Assembly: GCF_046105845.1 (NCBI RefSeq)
Contig: NZ_CP151004.1
DNA from: Escherichia coli
GTDB lineage: Bacteria; Pseudomonadota; Gammaproteobacteria; Enterobacterales; Enterobacteriaceae
Reading direction: 5' to 3' (one strand)
Length of the DNA: 64,000 nucleotides
The notes under the pieces were generated by a model. It saw only the letters and a list, made by a program, of their open reading frames with translations. It was not told the origin of the DNA and did no database searches. Made by a program: the position numbers and the translations under genes. Position 1 is the first letter of the stretch, and each line of letters begins with the position of its first letter. Shown one piece after another: positions 1 to 11,210 of this stretch.

Positions 1-2
1 CA

Positions 3-1079
3 TTGCCAACCGTTGAAAACCAGTTTACGCCGACCACGGCGTGGAGTACTTCCGTTGGTAGCGGCATTGGCAACTTCTATTCCAATCTTCATCCGGCACT
101 GGCGGACAACGTTGTCTATGCAGCGGACCGCGCTGGTTTAGTAAAAGCGCTGAATGCGGATGATGGCAAAGAAATCTGGTCTGTCAGCCTGGCCGAGAAA
201 GATGGCTGGTTCTCTAAAGAGCCTGCATTACTTTCTGGCGGCGTGACCGTGTCTGGCGGGCATGTCTACATTGGCAGTGAAAAGGCGCAGGTTTACGCGC
301 TGAATACCAGCGATGGTACTGTGGCATGGCAAACTAAAGTCGCGGGTGAAGCACTTTCGCGTCCGGTGGTCAGCGACGGTCTGGTGTTAATCCACACCAG
401 TAACGGTCAGTTACAAGCGCTGAACGAAGCTGACGGCGCTGTCAAATGGACAGTTAACCTCGATATGCCTTCGCTCTCTTTGCGTGGCGAGTCTGCGCCA
501 GCAACGGCTTTTGGTGCGGCTGTCGTGGGTGGCGATAATGGTCGCGTCAGCGCAGTGCTGATGGAACAGGGCCAGATGATTTGGCAGCAGCGTATTTCCC
601 AGGCGACCGGTTCTACCGAAATTGACCGTCTGAGCGATGTTGACACGACTCCCGTCGTTGTTAACGGCGTTGTTTTCGCGCTGGCCTATAATGGTAACCT
701 GACGGCGCTTGATCTGCGCAGTGGTCAGATTATGTGGAAACGCGAACTGGGTTCGGTGAATGATTTCATCGTCGACGGCAATCGCATCTATCTGGTCGAT
801 CAAAATGACCGGGTGATGGCGTTGACCATTGATGGCGGCGTTACGCTGTGGACACAAAGCGATCTGTTGCATCGCCTGCTGACTTCTCCGGTGCTGTATA
901 ATGGCAACCTGGTGGTAGGTGACAGTGAAGGTTATCTGCACTGGATTAACGTCGAAGATGGTCGTTTCGTTGCCCAGCAAAAAGTTGATAGTTCCGGTTT
1001 CCAGACTGAACCGGTTGCCGCTGACGGCAAACTGCTGATCCAGGCAAAAGACGGAACCGTGTACTCTATTACACGTTAA
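3..1079 (+). CDS. bamB: Outer membrane protein assembly factor BamB (5' end truncated by window edge)
   Basis: ORF running off window start; beta-propeller PQQ-like repeats; matches E. coli BamB C-terminal portion; synteny with der. Confidence 0.93.
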   Translation: MPTVENQFTPTTAWSTSVGSGIGNFYSNLHPALADNVVYAADRAGLVKALNADDGKEIWSVSLAEKDGWFSKEPALLSGGVTVSGGHVYIGSEKAQVYALNTSDGTVAWQTKVAGEALSRPVVSDGLVLIHTSNGQLQALNEADGAVKWTVNLDMPSLSLRGESAPATAFGAAVVGGDNGRVSAVLMEQGQMIWQQRISQATGSTEIDRLSDVDTTPVVVNGVVFALAYNGNLTALDLRSGQIMWKRELGSVNDFIVDGNRIYLVDQNDRVMALTIDGGVTLWTQSDLLHRLLTSPVLYNGNLVVGDSEGYLHWINVEDGRFVAQQKVDSSGFQTEPVAADGKLLIQAKDGTVYSITR

Positions 1080-1102
1080 TCGTCTCTGTCGTTCACTTTG
1101 AA

Positions 1103-1136
1103 AACGGCTCCTGGACAGGGGCCGTTTTCCTGTTTT
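1103..1136 (+). terminator. Imperfect hairpin followed by T-rich tract downstream of bamB
   Basis: aacggctcctg / caggggccgtt stem then ttcctgttttt. Confidence 0.4.
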
Positions 1137-1196
1137 TAACAACGACACGAATATAGCGTGCGTTGTCTGATGATTTATAAAAATGAGGCTTTAAAC

Positions 1197-2669
1197 ATGG
1201 TACCTGTGGTCGCGCTTGTCGGGCGCCCTAACGTAGGAAAATCCACGTTATTTAACCGTCTAACTCGCACCCGAGATGCGCTGGTTGCGGATTTCCCGGG
1301 TCTGACTCGTGACCGTAAGTACGGTCGTGCAGAAATTGAAGGCCGTGAGTTTATCTGCATTGATACCGGCGGGATTGATGGTACAGAAGACGGTGTAGAA
1401 ACCCGTATGGCGGAACAGTCGCTGCTGGCGATTGAAGAAGCGGACGTCGTACTGTTTATGGTGGATGCGCGCGCGGGCCTGATGCCGGCGGATGAAGCGA
1501 TTGCCAAACATCTGCGCTCCCGTGAAAAACCGACCTTCCTGGTGGCAAACAAAACTGACGGTCTGGATCCCGATCAGGCAGTGGTTGATTTCTACTCGCT
1601 TGGTTTAGGTGAAATCTACCCGATCGCCGCGTCTCACGGTCGTGGCGTATTAAGTCTGCTGGAGCACGTGCTGCTGCCGTGGATGGAAGATCTCGCACCG
1701 CAAGAAGAAGTCGACGAAGACGCTGAATACTGGGCGCAATTTGAAGCGGAAGAGAACGGCGAAGAAGAAGAGGAAGACGACTTCGACCCGCAAAGTCTGC
1801 CAATCAAACTGGCGATTGTGGGTCGTCCGAACGTAGGTAAGTCTACACTCACTAACCGTATTCTTGGTGAAGAGCGCGTTGTTGTTTACGACATGCCTGG
1901 CACTACGCGTGACAGTATCTACATTCCAATGGAACGCGACGGACGTGAGTATGTGCTCATTGACACCGCTGGCGTACGTAAACGCGGCAAAATCACCGAT
2001 GCTGTAGAGAAGTTCTCGGTAATCAAAACGTTGCAGGCCATTGAAGATGCCAACGTGGTGATGTTGGTGATTGATGCGCGCGAAGGTATTTCCGATCAGG
2101 ATCTCTCCCTGCTGGGCTTTATTCTCAATAGTGGGCGCTCACTTGTCATTGTAGTGAATAAGTGGGATGGCCTGAGCCAGGAAGTGAAAGAGCAGGTGAA
2201 AGAAACGCTGGACTTCCGTCTGGGCTTTATCGATTTTGCTCGTGTGCACTTTATCTCAGCCTTGCACGGCAGTGGTGTTGGTAATCTGTTTGAATCAGTA
2301 CGTGAAGCGTATGACAGCTCCACCCGTCGTGTGGGGACCTCTATGCTGACGCGCATCATGACGATGGCTGTTGAAGATCACCAGCCGCCGCTGGTACGTG
2401 GTCGTCGTGTGAAGCTGAAATATGCCCACGCTGGTGGTTATAACCCGCCGATTGTGGTGATTCACGGTAACCAGGTGAAAGACCTGCCTGATTCCTACAA
2501 GCGTTACTTGATGAACTACTTCCGCAAATCGCTGGACGTAATGGGATCGCCGATTCGTATTCAGTTCAAAGAAGGGGAAAACCCGTATGCGAACAAGCGT
2601 AACACCCTGACGCCAACCCAGATGCGTAAACGTAAGCGTCTGATGAAGCACATCAAGAAAAATAAATAA
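1197..2669 (+). CDS. der: Ribosome-associated GTPase Der/EngA (tandem GTPase domains)
   Basis: Two G1 motifs GRPNVGKST; start MVPVVALVG at ATG 1197; 490 aa. Confidence 0.95.
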
Positions 2670-2690
2670 TTATCCGTAAGTATTTTATCT

Positions 2691-2722
2691 GCCATTCCCT
2701 CTATGAATGTAGAGGGAATGGC
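2691..2722. other. 13-bp perfect inverted repeat (gccattccctcta N6 tagagggaatggc) between der and yfgJ
   Basis: Read directly; no adjacent U-tract. Confidence 0.5.
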
Positions 2723-2738
2723 TACCGGAGGAATTCAT

Positions 2739-4351
<1,613 letters not shown>

Positions 4352-4413
4352 TTATTCAGTCGATAGTAACCCGCCCTTCGGGGATAGCAAGCATTTTTTG
4401 CAAAAAGGGGTAG

Positions 4414-4439
4414 ATGCAATCGGTTACGCTCTGTATAAT
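4414..4439 (+). promoter_or_regulatory. guaBA promoter region: candidate PurR-type operator (atgcaatcggttacgc) adjacent to -10 TATAAT (4434-4439)
   Basis: TATAAT hexamer 44 bp upstream of guaB ATG; partial pur-box-like palindrome; recollection of guaB regulation. Confidence 0.4.
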
Positions 4440-4482
4440 GCCGCGGCAATATTTATTAACCACTCTGGTCGAGATATTGCCC

Positions 4483-5949
4483 ATGCTACGTATCGCTAAA
4501 GAAGCTCTGACGTTTGACGACGTTCTCCTCGTTCCTGCTCATTCTACCGTTCTGCCGAATACTGCTGACCTCAGCACCCAGCTGACGAAAACTATTCGTC
4601 TGAATATCCCTATGCTTTCCGCAGCAATGGATACCGTAACGGAAGCGCGCCTGGCTATTGCTCTGGCTCAGGAAGGCGGTATCGGCTTTATCCACAAAAA
4701 TATGTCCATTGAACGCCAGGCGGAAGAAGTTCGCCGTGTGAAAAAACACGAATCTGGCGTGGTGACTGACCCGCAGACTGTTCTGCCAACCACGACGCTG
4801 CGCGAAGTGAAAGAACTGACCGAGCGTAACGGCTTTGCGGGCTACCCGGTCGTTACCGAAGAAAACGAACTGGTGGGTATTATCACCGGTCGTGACGTAC
4901 GTTTTGTTACCGACCTGAGCCAGCCGGTTAGCGTTTACATGACGCCGAAAGAACGTCTGGTCACCGTGCGTGAAGGTGAAGCCCGTGAAGTTGTGCTGGC
5001 AAAAATGCACGAAAAACGCGTTGAAAAAGCGCTGGTGGTTGATGACGAATTCCACCTGATCGGTATGATCACCGTGAAAGACTTCCAGAAAGCGGAACGT
5101 AAACCGAACGCCTGTAAAGACGAGCAAGGCCGTCTGCGTGTTGGTGCAGCGGTTGGTGCTGGCGCTGGTAACGAAGAGCGTGTCGACGCGCTTGTTGCTG
5201 CAGGCGTTGACGTTCTGCTGATCGACTCCTCTCACGGTCACTCTGAAGGCGTTCTGCAGCGTATCCGTGAAACTCGTGCTAAATATCCGGATCTGCAAAT
5301 CATCGGCGGCAACGTGGCAACAGCTGCGGGGGCACGCGCTCTGGCAGAAGCTGGTTGCAGCGCGGTTAAAGTCGGTATCGGCCCTGGCTCTATCTGTACG
5401 ACTCGTATCGTGACTGGCGTAGGTGTTCCGCAGATCACCGCCGTTGCTGATGCAGTAGAAGCCCTGGAAGGCACCGGTATTCCGGTTATCGCTGACGGTG
5501 GTATCCGTTTCTCAGGCGATATCGCCAAAGCTATCGCCGCAGGCGCAAGCGCGGTGATGGTGGGTTCCATGCTGGCAGGTACTGAAGAATCTCCGGGTGA
5601 AATCGAACTCTACCAGGGCCGTTCTTACAAATCTTACCGTGGGATGGGCTCTCTGGGTGCGATGTCCAAAGGTTCTTCTGACCGTTACTTCCAGAGCGAC
5701 AACGCTGCCGACAAACTGGTTCCGGAAGGTATCGAAGGTCGCGTGGCCTATAAAGGTCGCCTGAAAGAGATCATTCACCAGCAGATGGGCGGCCTGCGCT
5801 CCTGTATGGGCCTGACCGGCTGTGGTACTATCGACGAACTGCGTACTAAAGCGGAGTTTGTACGTATCAGCGGTGCGGGCATTCAGGAAAGCCACGTTCA
5901 CGACGTGACCATTACTAAAGAGTCCCCGAACTACCGTCTGGGCTCCTGA
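4483..5949 (+). CDS. guaB: IMP dehydrogenase GuaB
   Basis: 488 aa from [21 protein letters not shown]; CBS domains, catalytic Cys loop [11 protein letters not shown]. Confidence 0.96.
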   Translation: MLRIAKEALTFDDVLLVPAHSTVLPNTADLSTQLTKTIRLNIPMLSAAMDTVTEARLAIALAQEGGIGFIHKNMSIERQAEEVRRVKKHESGVVTDPQTVLPTTTLREVKELTERNGFAGYPVVTEENELVGIITGRDVRFVTDLSQPVSVYMTPKERLVTVREGEAREVVLAKMHEKRVEKALVVDDEFHLIGMITVKDFQKAERKPNACKDEQGRLRVGAAVGAGAGNEERVDALVAAGVDVLLIDSSHGHSEGVLQRIRETRAKYPDLQIIGGNVATAAGARALAEAGCSAVKVGIGPGSICTTRIVTGVGVPQITAVADAVEALEGTGIPVIADGGIRFSGDIAKAIAAGASAVMVGSMLAGTEESPGEIELYQGRSYKSYRGMGSLGAMSKGSSDRYFQSDNAADKLVPEGIEGRVAYKGRLKEIIHQQMGGLRSCMGLTGCGTIDELRTKAEFVRISGAGIQESHVHDVTITKESPNYRLGS

Positions 5950-5955
5950 TTCTCT

Positions 5956-5978
5956 TCGCCCGACTTCATGTCGGGCGA
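5956..5978 (+). other. Intercistronic hairpin between guaB and guaA (tcgcccgac ttcat gtcgggcga)
   Basis: 9-bp perfect stem read directly, followed by tttatatt. Confidence 0.45.
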
Positions 5979-6017
5979 TTTATATTATCTGTTTCACTTG
6001 CCTCGGAATAAGCGTCA

Positions 6018-7595
6018 ATGACGGAAAACATTCATAAGCATCGCATCCTCATTCTGGACTTCGGTTCTCAGTACACTCAACTGGTTGCGCGCCGCGTGCG
6101 TGAACTGGGTGTTTACTGCGAACTGTGGGCGTGGGATGTGACAGAAGCACAAATTCGTGACTTCAACCCAAGCGGCATTATTCTTTCCGGCGGCCCGGAA
6201 AGCACCACCGAAGAAAACAGCCCGCGTGCGCCGCAGTATGTTTTTGAAGCAGGCGTACCGGTATTCGGCGTTTGCTATGGCATGCAGACCATGGCAATGC
6301 AGTTGGGCGGTCACGTTGAAGCCTCTAACGAACGTGAATTTGGCTACGCGCAGGTTGAAGTCGTAAACGACAGCGCACTGGTTCGCGGTATTGAAGATGC
6401 TCTGACCGCAGACGGTAAACCTCTGCTCGATGTCTGGATGAGCCACGGCGATAAAGTTACCGCTATCCCGTCCGACTTCGTCACCGTAGCCAGCACCGAA
6501 AGCTGCCCGTTTGCCATTATGGCTAACGAAGAAAAACGCTTCTATGGCGTACAGTTCCACCCGGAAGTGACTCACACCCGTCAGGGTATGCGCATGCTGG
6601 AGCGTTTTGTGCGTGATATCTGCCAGTGTGAAGCCCTGTGGACGCCAGCGAAAATTATCGACGATGCTGTAGCTCGCATCCGCGAGCAGGTAGGCGACGA
6701 TAAAGTCATCCTCGGCCTCTCTGGTGGTGTGGATTCCTCCGTAACCGCAATGCTGCTGCACCGCGCTATCGGTAAAAACCTGACTTGCGTATTCGTCGAC
6801 AACGGCCTGCTGCGTCTCAACGAAGCAGAGCAGGTTCTGGATATGTTTGGCGATCACTTTGGTCTGAACATTGTTCACGTTCCGGCAGAAGATCGCTTCC
6901 TGTCAGCGTTGGCCGGCGAAAACGATCCGGAAGCAAAACGTAAAATCATCGGGCGCGTTTTCGTTGAAGTATTCGATGAAGAAGCACTGAAACTGGAAGA
7001 CGTGAAGTGGCTGGCGCAGGGCACTATCTACCCTGACGTTATTGAATCTGCCGCATCTGCAACCGGTAAAGCACACGTCATCAAATCTCACCACAACGTG
7101 GGCGGCCTGCCGAAAGAGATGAAGATGGGCCTGGTTGAACCGCTGAAAGAGCTGTTCAAAGACGAAGTGCGTAAGATTGGTCTGGAGCTGGGCCTGCCGT
7201 ACGACATGCTGTACCGTCACCCGTTCCCGGGACCAGGCCTCGGCGTTCGTGTACTGGGCGAAGTGAAGAAAGAGTACTGCGACCTGCTGCGCCGTGCTGA
7301 CGCCATCTTCATTGAAGAACTGCGTAAAGCGGACCTGTACGACAAAGTCAGCCAGGCGTTCACCGTCTTCCTGCCGGTACGTTCCGTTGGTGTAATGGGC
7401 GATGGTCGTAAGTATGACTGGGTTGTTTCTCTGCGTGCTGTCGAAACCATCGACTTTATGACCGCACACTGGGCGCATCTGCCGTACGATTTCCTCGGTC
7501 GCGTTTCCAACCGCATTATCAATGAAGTGAACGGTATTTCCCGCGTGGTGTATGACATCAGCGGCAAGCCGCCAGCTACCATTGAGTGGGAGTGA
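6018..7595 (+). CDS. guaA: GMP synthase (glutamine-hydrolysing) GuaA
   Basis: 525 aa; GATase domain then SGGVDSS PP-loop ATPase motif. Confidence 0.97.
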   Translation: MTENIHKHRILILDFGSQYTQLVARRVRELGVYCELWAWDVTEAQIRDFNPSGIILSGGPESTTEENSPRAPQYVFEAGVPVFGVCYGMQTMAMQLGGHVEASNEREFGYAQVEVVNDSALVRGIEDALTADGKPLLDVWMSHGDKVTAIPSDFVTVASTESCPFAIMANEEKRFYGVQFHPEVTHTRQGMRMLERFVRDICQCEALWTPAKIIDDAVARIREQVGDDKVILGLSGGVDSSVTAMLLHRAIGKNLTCVFVDNGLLRLNEAEQVLDMFGDHFGLNIVHVPAEDRFLSALAGENDPEAKRKIIGRVFVEVFDEEALKLEDVKWLAQGTIYPDVIESAASATGKAHVIKSHHNVGGLPKEMKMGLVEPLKELFKDEVRKIGLELGLPYDMLYRHPFPGPGLGVRVLGEVKKEYCDLLRRADAIFIEELRKADLYDKVSQAFTVFLPVRSVGVMGDGRKYDWVVSLRAVETIDFMTAHWAHLPYDFLGRVSNRIINEVNGISRVVYDISGKPPATIEWE

Positions 7596-7634
7596 GGCTA
7601 TTATTTAAACTATTGTTTTATTTGATTTAGTGAG

Positions 7635-7675
7635 TGCCATTGATGATATTGACTGCATTATCAATGGCATTTTTC
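7635..7675 (+). terminator. Rho-independent terminator of guaA
   Basis: tgccattgat N15 atcaatggca 10-bp stem followed by ttttt. Confidence 0.7.
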
Positions 7676-7928
7676 ATGGTATAAGGCCGACGCTGAATCG
7701 AAGATATAGCAAATACCATGTGACCCTATCAGCAAATGCCATGGTATCGACAACCGGGGGCATTGCAGCGCTGTGCTGATGCCATCGATGCCCGCTTTTG
7801 GTCAGAACCGCTCTCTCGACCCAAGCCTCCAGATCGTTAAATATGCGCCAGAGGAGCACCTCGTGATCGAAATTGTGAACAAGACAGCCGCCGCTCGGAA
7901 TCGAAGTATCCATATGGGTGAATAAAGT

Positions 7929-7957
7929 TTGCGGAAAACACGCTGAGAAAATAGAAA
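7929..7957 (+). promoter_or_regulatory. Weak candidate sigma-70 promoter for the DUF262 gene pair (TTGCGG N17 TAGAAA)
   Basis: Hexamers with 17-bp spacer about 25 bp upstream of ATG 7981; RBS aaggga at 7968-7973. Confidence 0.25.
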
Positions 7958-7980
7958 AGCGTCAATGAAGGGACATAGCA

Positions 7981-9261
7981 ATGGCGATTAACGGAGAGGA
8001 CGGTGTTAGTGCAGTCACCGTGGATGAACTACTCAAGCAAGGCCTTCGGATACCGAACTATCAACGCCCATACAGTTGGGAAGTATCGACCGCTCTACAA
8101 CTGGTGGATGATCTTAGCGAAGCTCTTCGAGATACCGAAAGAAAAGATATTCCCTATGTTTTGGGTGCAATCATTCTTCACGATGATGGTGAGTATCTCA
8201 ATGTAGTCGACGGACAGCAACGTCTGCTGACTTTGCGAATGATTCTTGCGGCCTTAGATCCGATAAATCATCAGATTTCGGTGTCTGGTAACAGCGAAAC
8301 TCCTGTCTCCCTGGTTTGGATAGAGCTTCAAAGGCGCCTGTCGCAGTTGGAAGATAAAAAAGAATTTTTGGATTTTATCTGTCACAAATGTCAGTTGGTG
8401 CGTATTGTGACGGACGATATTGATGAGGCATTTCGTGTCTTTGATTCCCAGAACTATCGCGGCAAACCGCTTGCCCCTCATGACTTGCTCAAAGCACACC
8501 ACCTCCGCGAAATGCACGATGAGTCCGCTGCTATGAAAGTGGCTGTCGTTGAGGCTTGGGAAGCCGTAAATGATGAGGATCTGGACAGGCTTTTTTCTAC
8601 TTTTTTATACCGGATATCCAAGTGGTCACGAGGCGAAAGCTCGCTCGAATTTGCTATTCGGGACATCGGGATGTTTAAGGGAATTTCATCACGATCCCAC
8701 AGATCATTTTCGCCAAATCTGCGATATCACCTTGCAGCACAAGCCGCTATGCCACTTCTAAGTGCATGGGCGGTGTCCTCTACACATGATGCACGAAATG
8801 CCGGGCGCAGCCGCTTTCAGCTTGATGCCCCGATAATCGCTGGGCGCTCATTTTTCGAGATGGTGACATTCATGCTTGACGAATTGAAGATACTGGAAAA
8901 AGAGGTTATCGACAGAGGTTTCAAAAACTTTGGCCCATCTCAAAGTCGCTACCGCTACGTGTACGAATTGTTCATTGCCGCGCTGCTTTGCTATACAAAC
9001 AAGTTTGGCGATGAAGATGTGGATGAAGTGCGAAATAGATTATTCGCATGGGCATATGCCTTGCGGGTCGAGTTACTTCGTGTGCAATTTGTATCTGCTG
9101 ACAACCGAGCTCGAGGTAAAAACGATGCAAATAAATCGCCTTTTGTTTTGCTACGCAACGCGATGACTGGAAGTGTTGTCCGCAAACTTCCAATAGCAAG
9201 TCAGCCATACAACGATAACCACGAAAAGGAACTCGTTGCTTTTATCAAGGGGCTGCAATGA
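7981..9261 (+). CDS. DUF262 (ParB/Srx-like, DGQQR motif) protein, 426 aa, no recognisable nuclease domain
   Basis: Motifs IPNYQRPYSW, VDGQQRLLTL (8209-8223), FRVFDSQNYRGKPLAPHDLLK; stop overlaps next start (ATGA). Confidence 0.88.
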   Translation: MAINGEDGVSAVTVDELLKQGLRIPNYQRPYSWEVSTALQLVDDLSEALRDTERKDIPYVLGAIILHDDGEYLNVVDGQQRLLTLRMILAALDPINHQISVSGNSETPVSLVWIELQRRLSQLEDKKEFLDFICHKCQLVRIVTDDIDEAFRVFDSQNYRGKPLAPHDLLKAHHLREMHDESAAMKVAVVEAWEAVNDEDLDRLFSTFLYRISKWSRGESSLEFAIRDIGMFKGISSRSHRSFSPNLRYHLAAQAAMPLLSAWAVSSTHDARNAGRSRFQLDAPIIAGRSFFEMVTFMLDELKILEKEVIDRGFKNFGPSQSRYRYVYELFIAALLCYTNKFGDEDVDEVRNRLFAWAYALRVELLRVQFVSADNRARGKNDANKSPFVLLRNAMTGSVVRKLPIASQPYNDNHEKELVAFIKGLQ

Positions 9262-11210
9262 GCAAGAAGGAGTTGAGACCCGAACTGATAACAGTAGGCA
9301 AGCTATTCACGGGCTATTATCTGATTCCTATTTATCAACGGAACTATGCTTGGCGGGCCGAACAGATTGAGCAACTTATCAGCGATATTCAAGGCTCGGT
9401 GGTTGGGGGCCAGGACGACTATTTTCTTGGGAACCTTGTTGTAATCAAGCGGGGTAGAGAGGACGAGTTCGAGGTCATAGATGGACAACAACGACTTACA
9501 ACCCTCTATCTGCTTCTGACCTTCCTGGAGCAAGACGGTGAGGGTGGGAAGCTGTCGATTGGCCATGCAGGCCACTTGCAATATGAGTCGCGCGCACGGG
9601 CAACGGAAGCCCTGCGGCGAGTAGCACAGGAGGCGGCTAAGGGGCACGTCCGACCGCAGGGCTCCACGAGTAATGCAGATGCTGGCATCCATGAAGGCTA
9701 CAGCATCATCAATCAGTTCTTCAAACAAAATGAAACCCTTAATCGCTCACGCGAAAAATTCTCCGATTTCTTGCTAAAGAAGGTTACTGTCGTCCGTGCC
9801 TCGCTGCCACCCAATACCGACCTCAATCGCTACTTCGAGATCATGAACACTCGTGGGCAGCAACTCAAGCAGGTTGATATTGTTAAGGCTCGCCTGATGA
9901 GCAAGCTGCCCAATCAATATGAACGCGAATGCTTCGCGTGGGTTTGGGATGCCTGTGCTGACATGGATTCTTATGTCCAGATGTCTCTGACCCGTGGTGA
10001 CACCAGTTTACGAAACAAAGTATTTGGCGATGAATGGTCCTGGCTGGAGGTGACCAGCTTCGCGTCGCTAATGGAAAGTCGTCCGCAATCCGACATCAGT
10101 TCATTAAGGCAATCCTCCGAAGGGGTATCGTTGTCCTTGGATGAGGCGTTGTCAAAATACGCTAAAGAGATCGAGTCAAATTCCACTGAAGACGAGGGCA
10201 ACGAGCGGTTTCGTTCGACTATTGAGTTTCCGGCCTTTCTGCTACACGTTCTAAGAATTATGAAAGGCGATGAGGTCGAAGACGAAGGCCAGCTTGACGA
10301 CAAGCGCCTCATCAAGTCATTTGACGACGCCGTAAATAATGTACCCGATGCTAAAGCCGATTGGGTGCGTAGCTTTGCATTTATGCTTCTTAAGTGCCGT
10401 AACCTCTTCGATGGCTTCATCTTGAAGCGTCAATTCACGGCGAACATCGGTGACGATGGCGATTGGTCTCTCCAGCGATTGAAGAAAGGCGGTGCGGACA
10501 AGAAGCCAGCCCCGACGTACATCCATGTTTTCTCGGCCAGCAATGGAAACTTGGAGGAGGACAGCGGTGCTGACCCACATACCCGAGATGTATTGTTGCT
10601 TCAGTCCATGCTTCGGATTACCTACACTTCTCCGCGAACGATGCACTGGATTACCAAAGTTCTTCGCTGGCTATCCGTTAAAGCCCCTCAAGACGCGAAA
10701 CATGCGGATCTTGCCGATTTGTTGAAGGGGTATGCCCGCAGCAAGGTTAAAGAGACATTCCCCTTTGAGGAAGATCAGCAACCACAAGGGTTTGGTATCA
10801 GCCGTATCGTCTTTTCATACCTCGACTATCTTCTGTTGAGTGATTCCTCAAAACGAGATTTCAAATTTCAGTTCAGAACTTCCATTGAGCACTTTTATCC
10901 ACAGCATCCGGACAAAGAACAGTCGGGCGCGGCTGTTTCAGGTTCTAGCCTTAACCTGCTTGGCAACCTCGCGCTCGTAAGCGTCAGCGCGAACTCAAAA
11001 TTCAGCAATAGCCTTCCCAGAGCGAAGGCCGAAAACTTCAAGGATACGATTGAACTTCAAAGTCCCAAGCTCAAGAGAATGGCGGAAATCGCTCGAAATA
11101 CAAGCTGGGACGATCAGCAGATAACAGCACATCATGAAGAGATGGTGACATTGCTTCGTGATGATGTAAGTCTGGTGGAGGCAAGCGGAAGATCCTACCC
11201 GGGGCGTTGA
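9258..11210 (+). CDS. GmrSD-like protein: N-terminal DUF262 plus C-terminal DUF1524 His-Me-finger nuclease motif, 650 aa
   Basis: IPIYQRNYAW, IDGQQRLTTL (9480-9494), YFEIMNTRGQQLKQVD; C-terminal SIEHFYPQHP (10887-10904) and GNLALVSVSANSKFSN. Confidence 0.88.
   Translation: MSKKELRPELITVGKLFTGYYLIPIYQRNYAWRAEQIEQLISDIQGSVVGGQDDYFLGNLVVIKRGREDEFEVIDGQQRLTTLYLLLTFLEQDGEGGKLSIGHAGHLQYESRARATEALRRVAQEAAKGHVRPQGSTSNADAGIHEGYSIINQFFKQNETLNRSREKFSDFLLKKVTVVRASLPPNTDLNRYFEIMNTRGQQLKQVDIVKARLMSKLPNQYERECFAWVWDACADMDSYVQMSLTRGDTSLRNKVFGDEWSWLEVTSFASLMESRPQSDISSLRQSSEGVSLSLDEALSKYAKEIESNSTEDEGNERFRSTIEFPAFLLHVLRIMKGDEVEDEGQLDDKRLIKSFDDAVNNVPDAKADWVRSFAFMLLKCRNLFDGFILKRQFTANIGDDGDWSLQRLKKGGADKKPAPTYIHVFSASNGNLEEDSGADPHTRDVLLLQSMLRITYTSPRTMHWITKVLRWLSVKAPQDAKHADLADLLKGYARSKVKETFPFEEDQQPQGFGISRIVFSYLDYLLLSDSSKRDFKFQFRTSIEHFYPQHPDKEQSGAAVSGSSLNLLGNLALVSVSANSKFSNSLPRAKAENFKDTIELQSPKLKRMAEIARNTSWDDQQITAHHEEMVTLLRDDVSLVEASGRSYPGR

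Noticed and set aside
411-1148. 245-aa minus-strand ORF antisense to bamB, and similar long antisense ORFs (4486-5298, 6015-6878, 21390-22295, 32424-33191, 46631-47329, 47791-48414, 39178-40017)
   Set aside because: They lie entirely inside well-supported genes on the opposite strand and their translations are low-complexity with no recognisable motifs; typical shadow ORFs.
1740-1800. Acidic EEEEEDD stretch in der as a possible insertion or repeat
   Set aside because: This acidic linker between the two GTPase domains is a native feature of E. coli Der.
9303-10646. Antisense ORFs inside the GmrSD-like gene (9303-9728, 9971-10420, 10317-10646)
   Set aside because: Shadow frames of a strongly supported sense ORF with clear domain motifs; no RBS or motif support.
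7981-11210. Assignment of the pair to SspABCD-SspE, Dnd/DndB or BREX-BrxU systems
   Set aside because: None of the required partner genes (sspABCD, dndACDE, brx/pgl) occur anywhere in the 64 kb window; the pair appears stand-alone.
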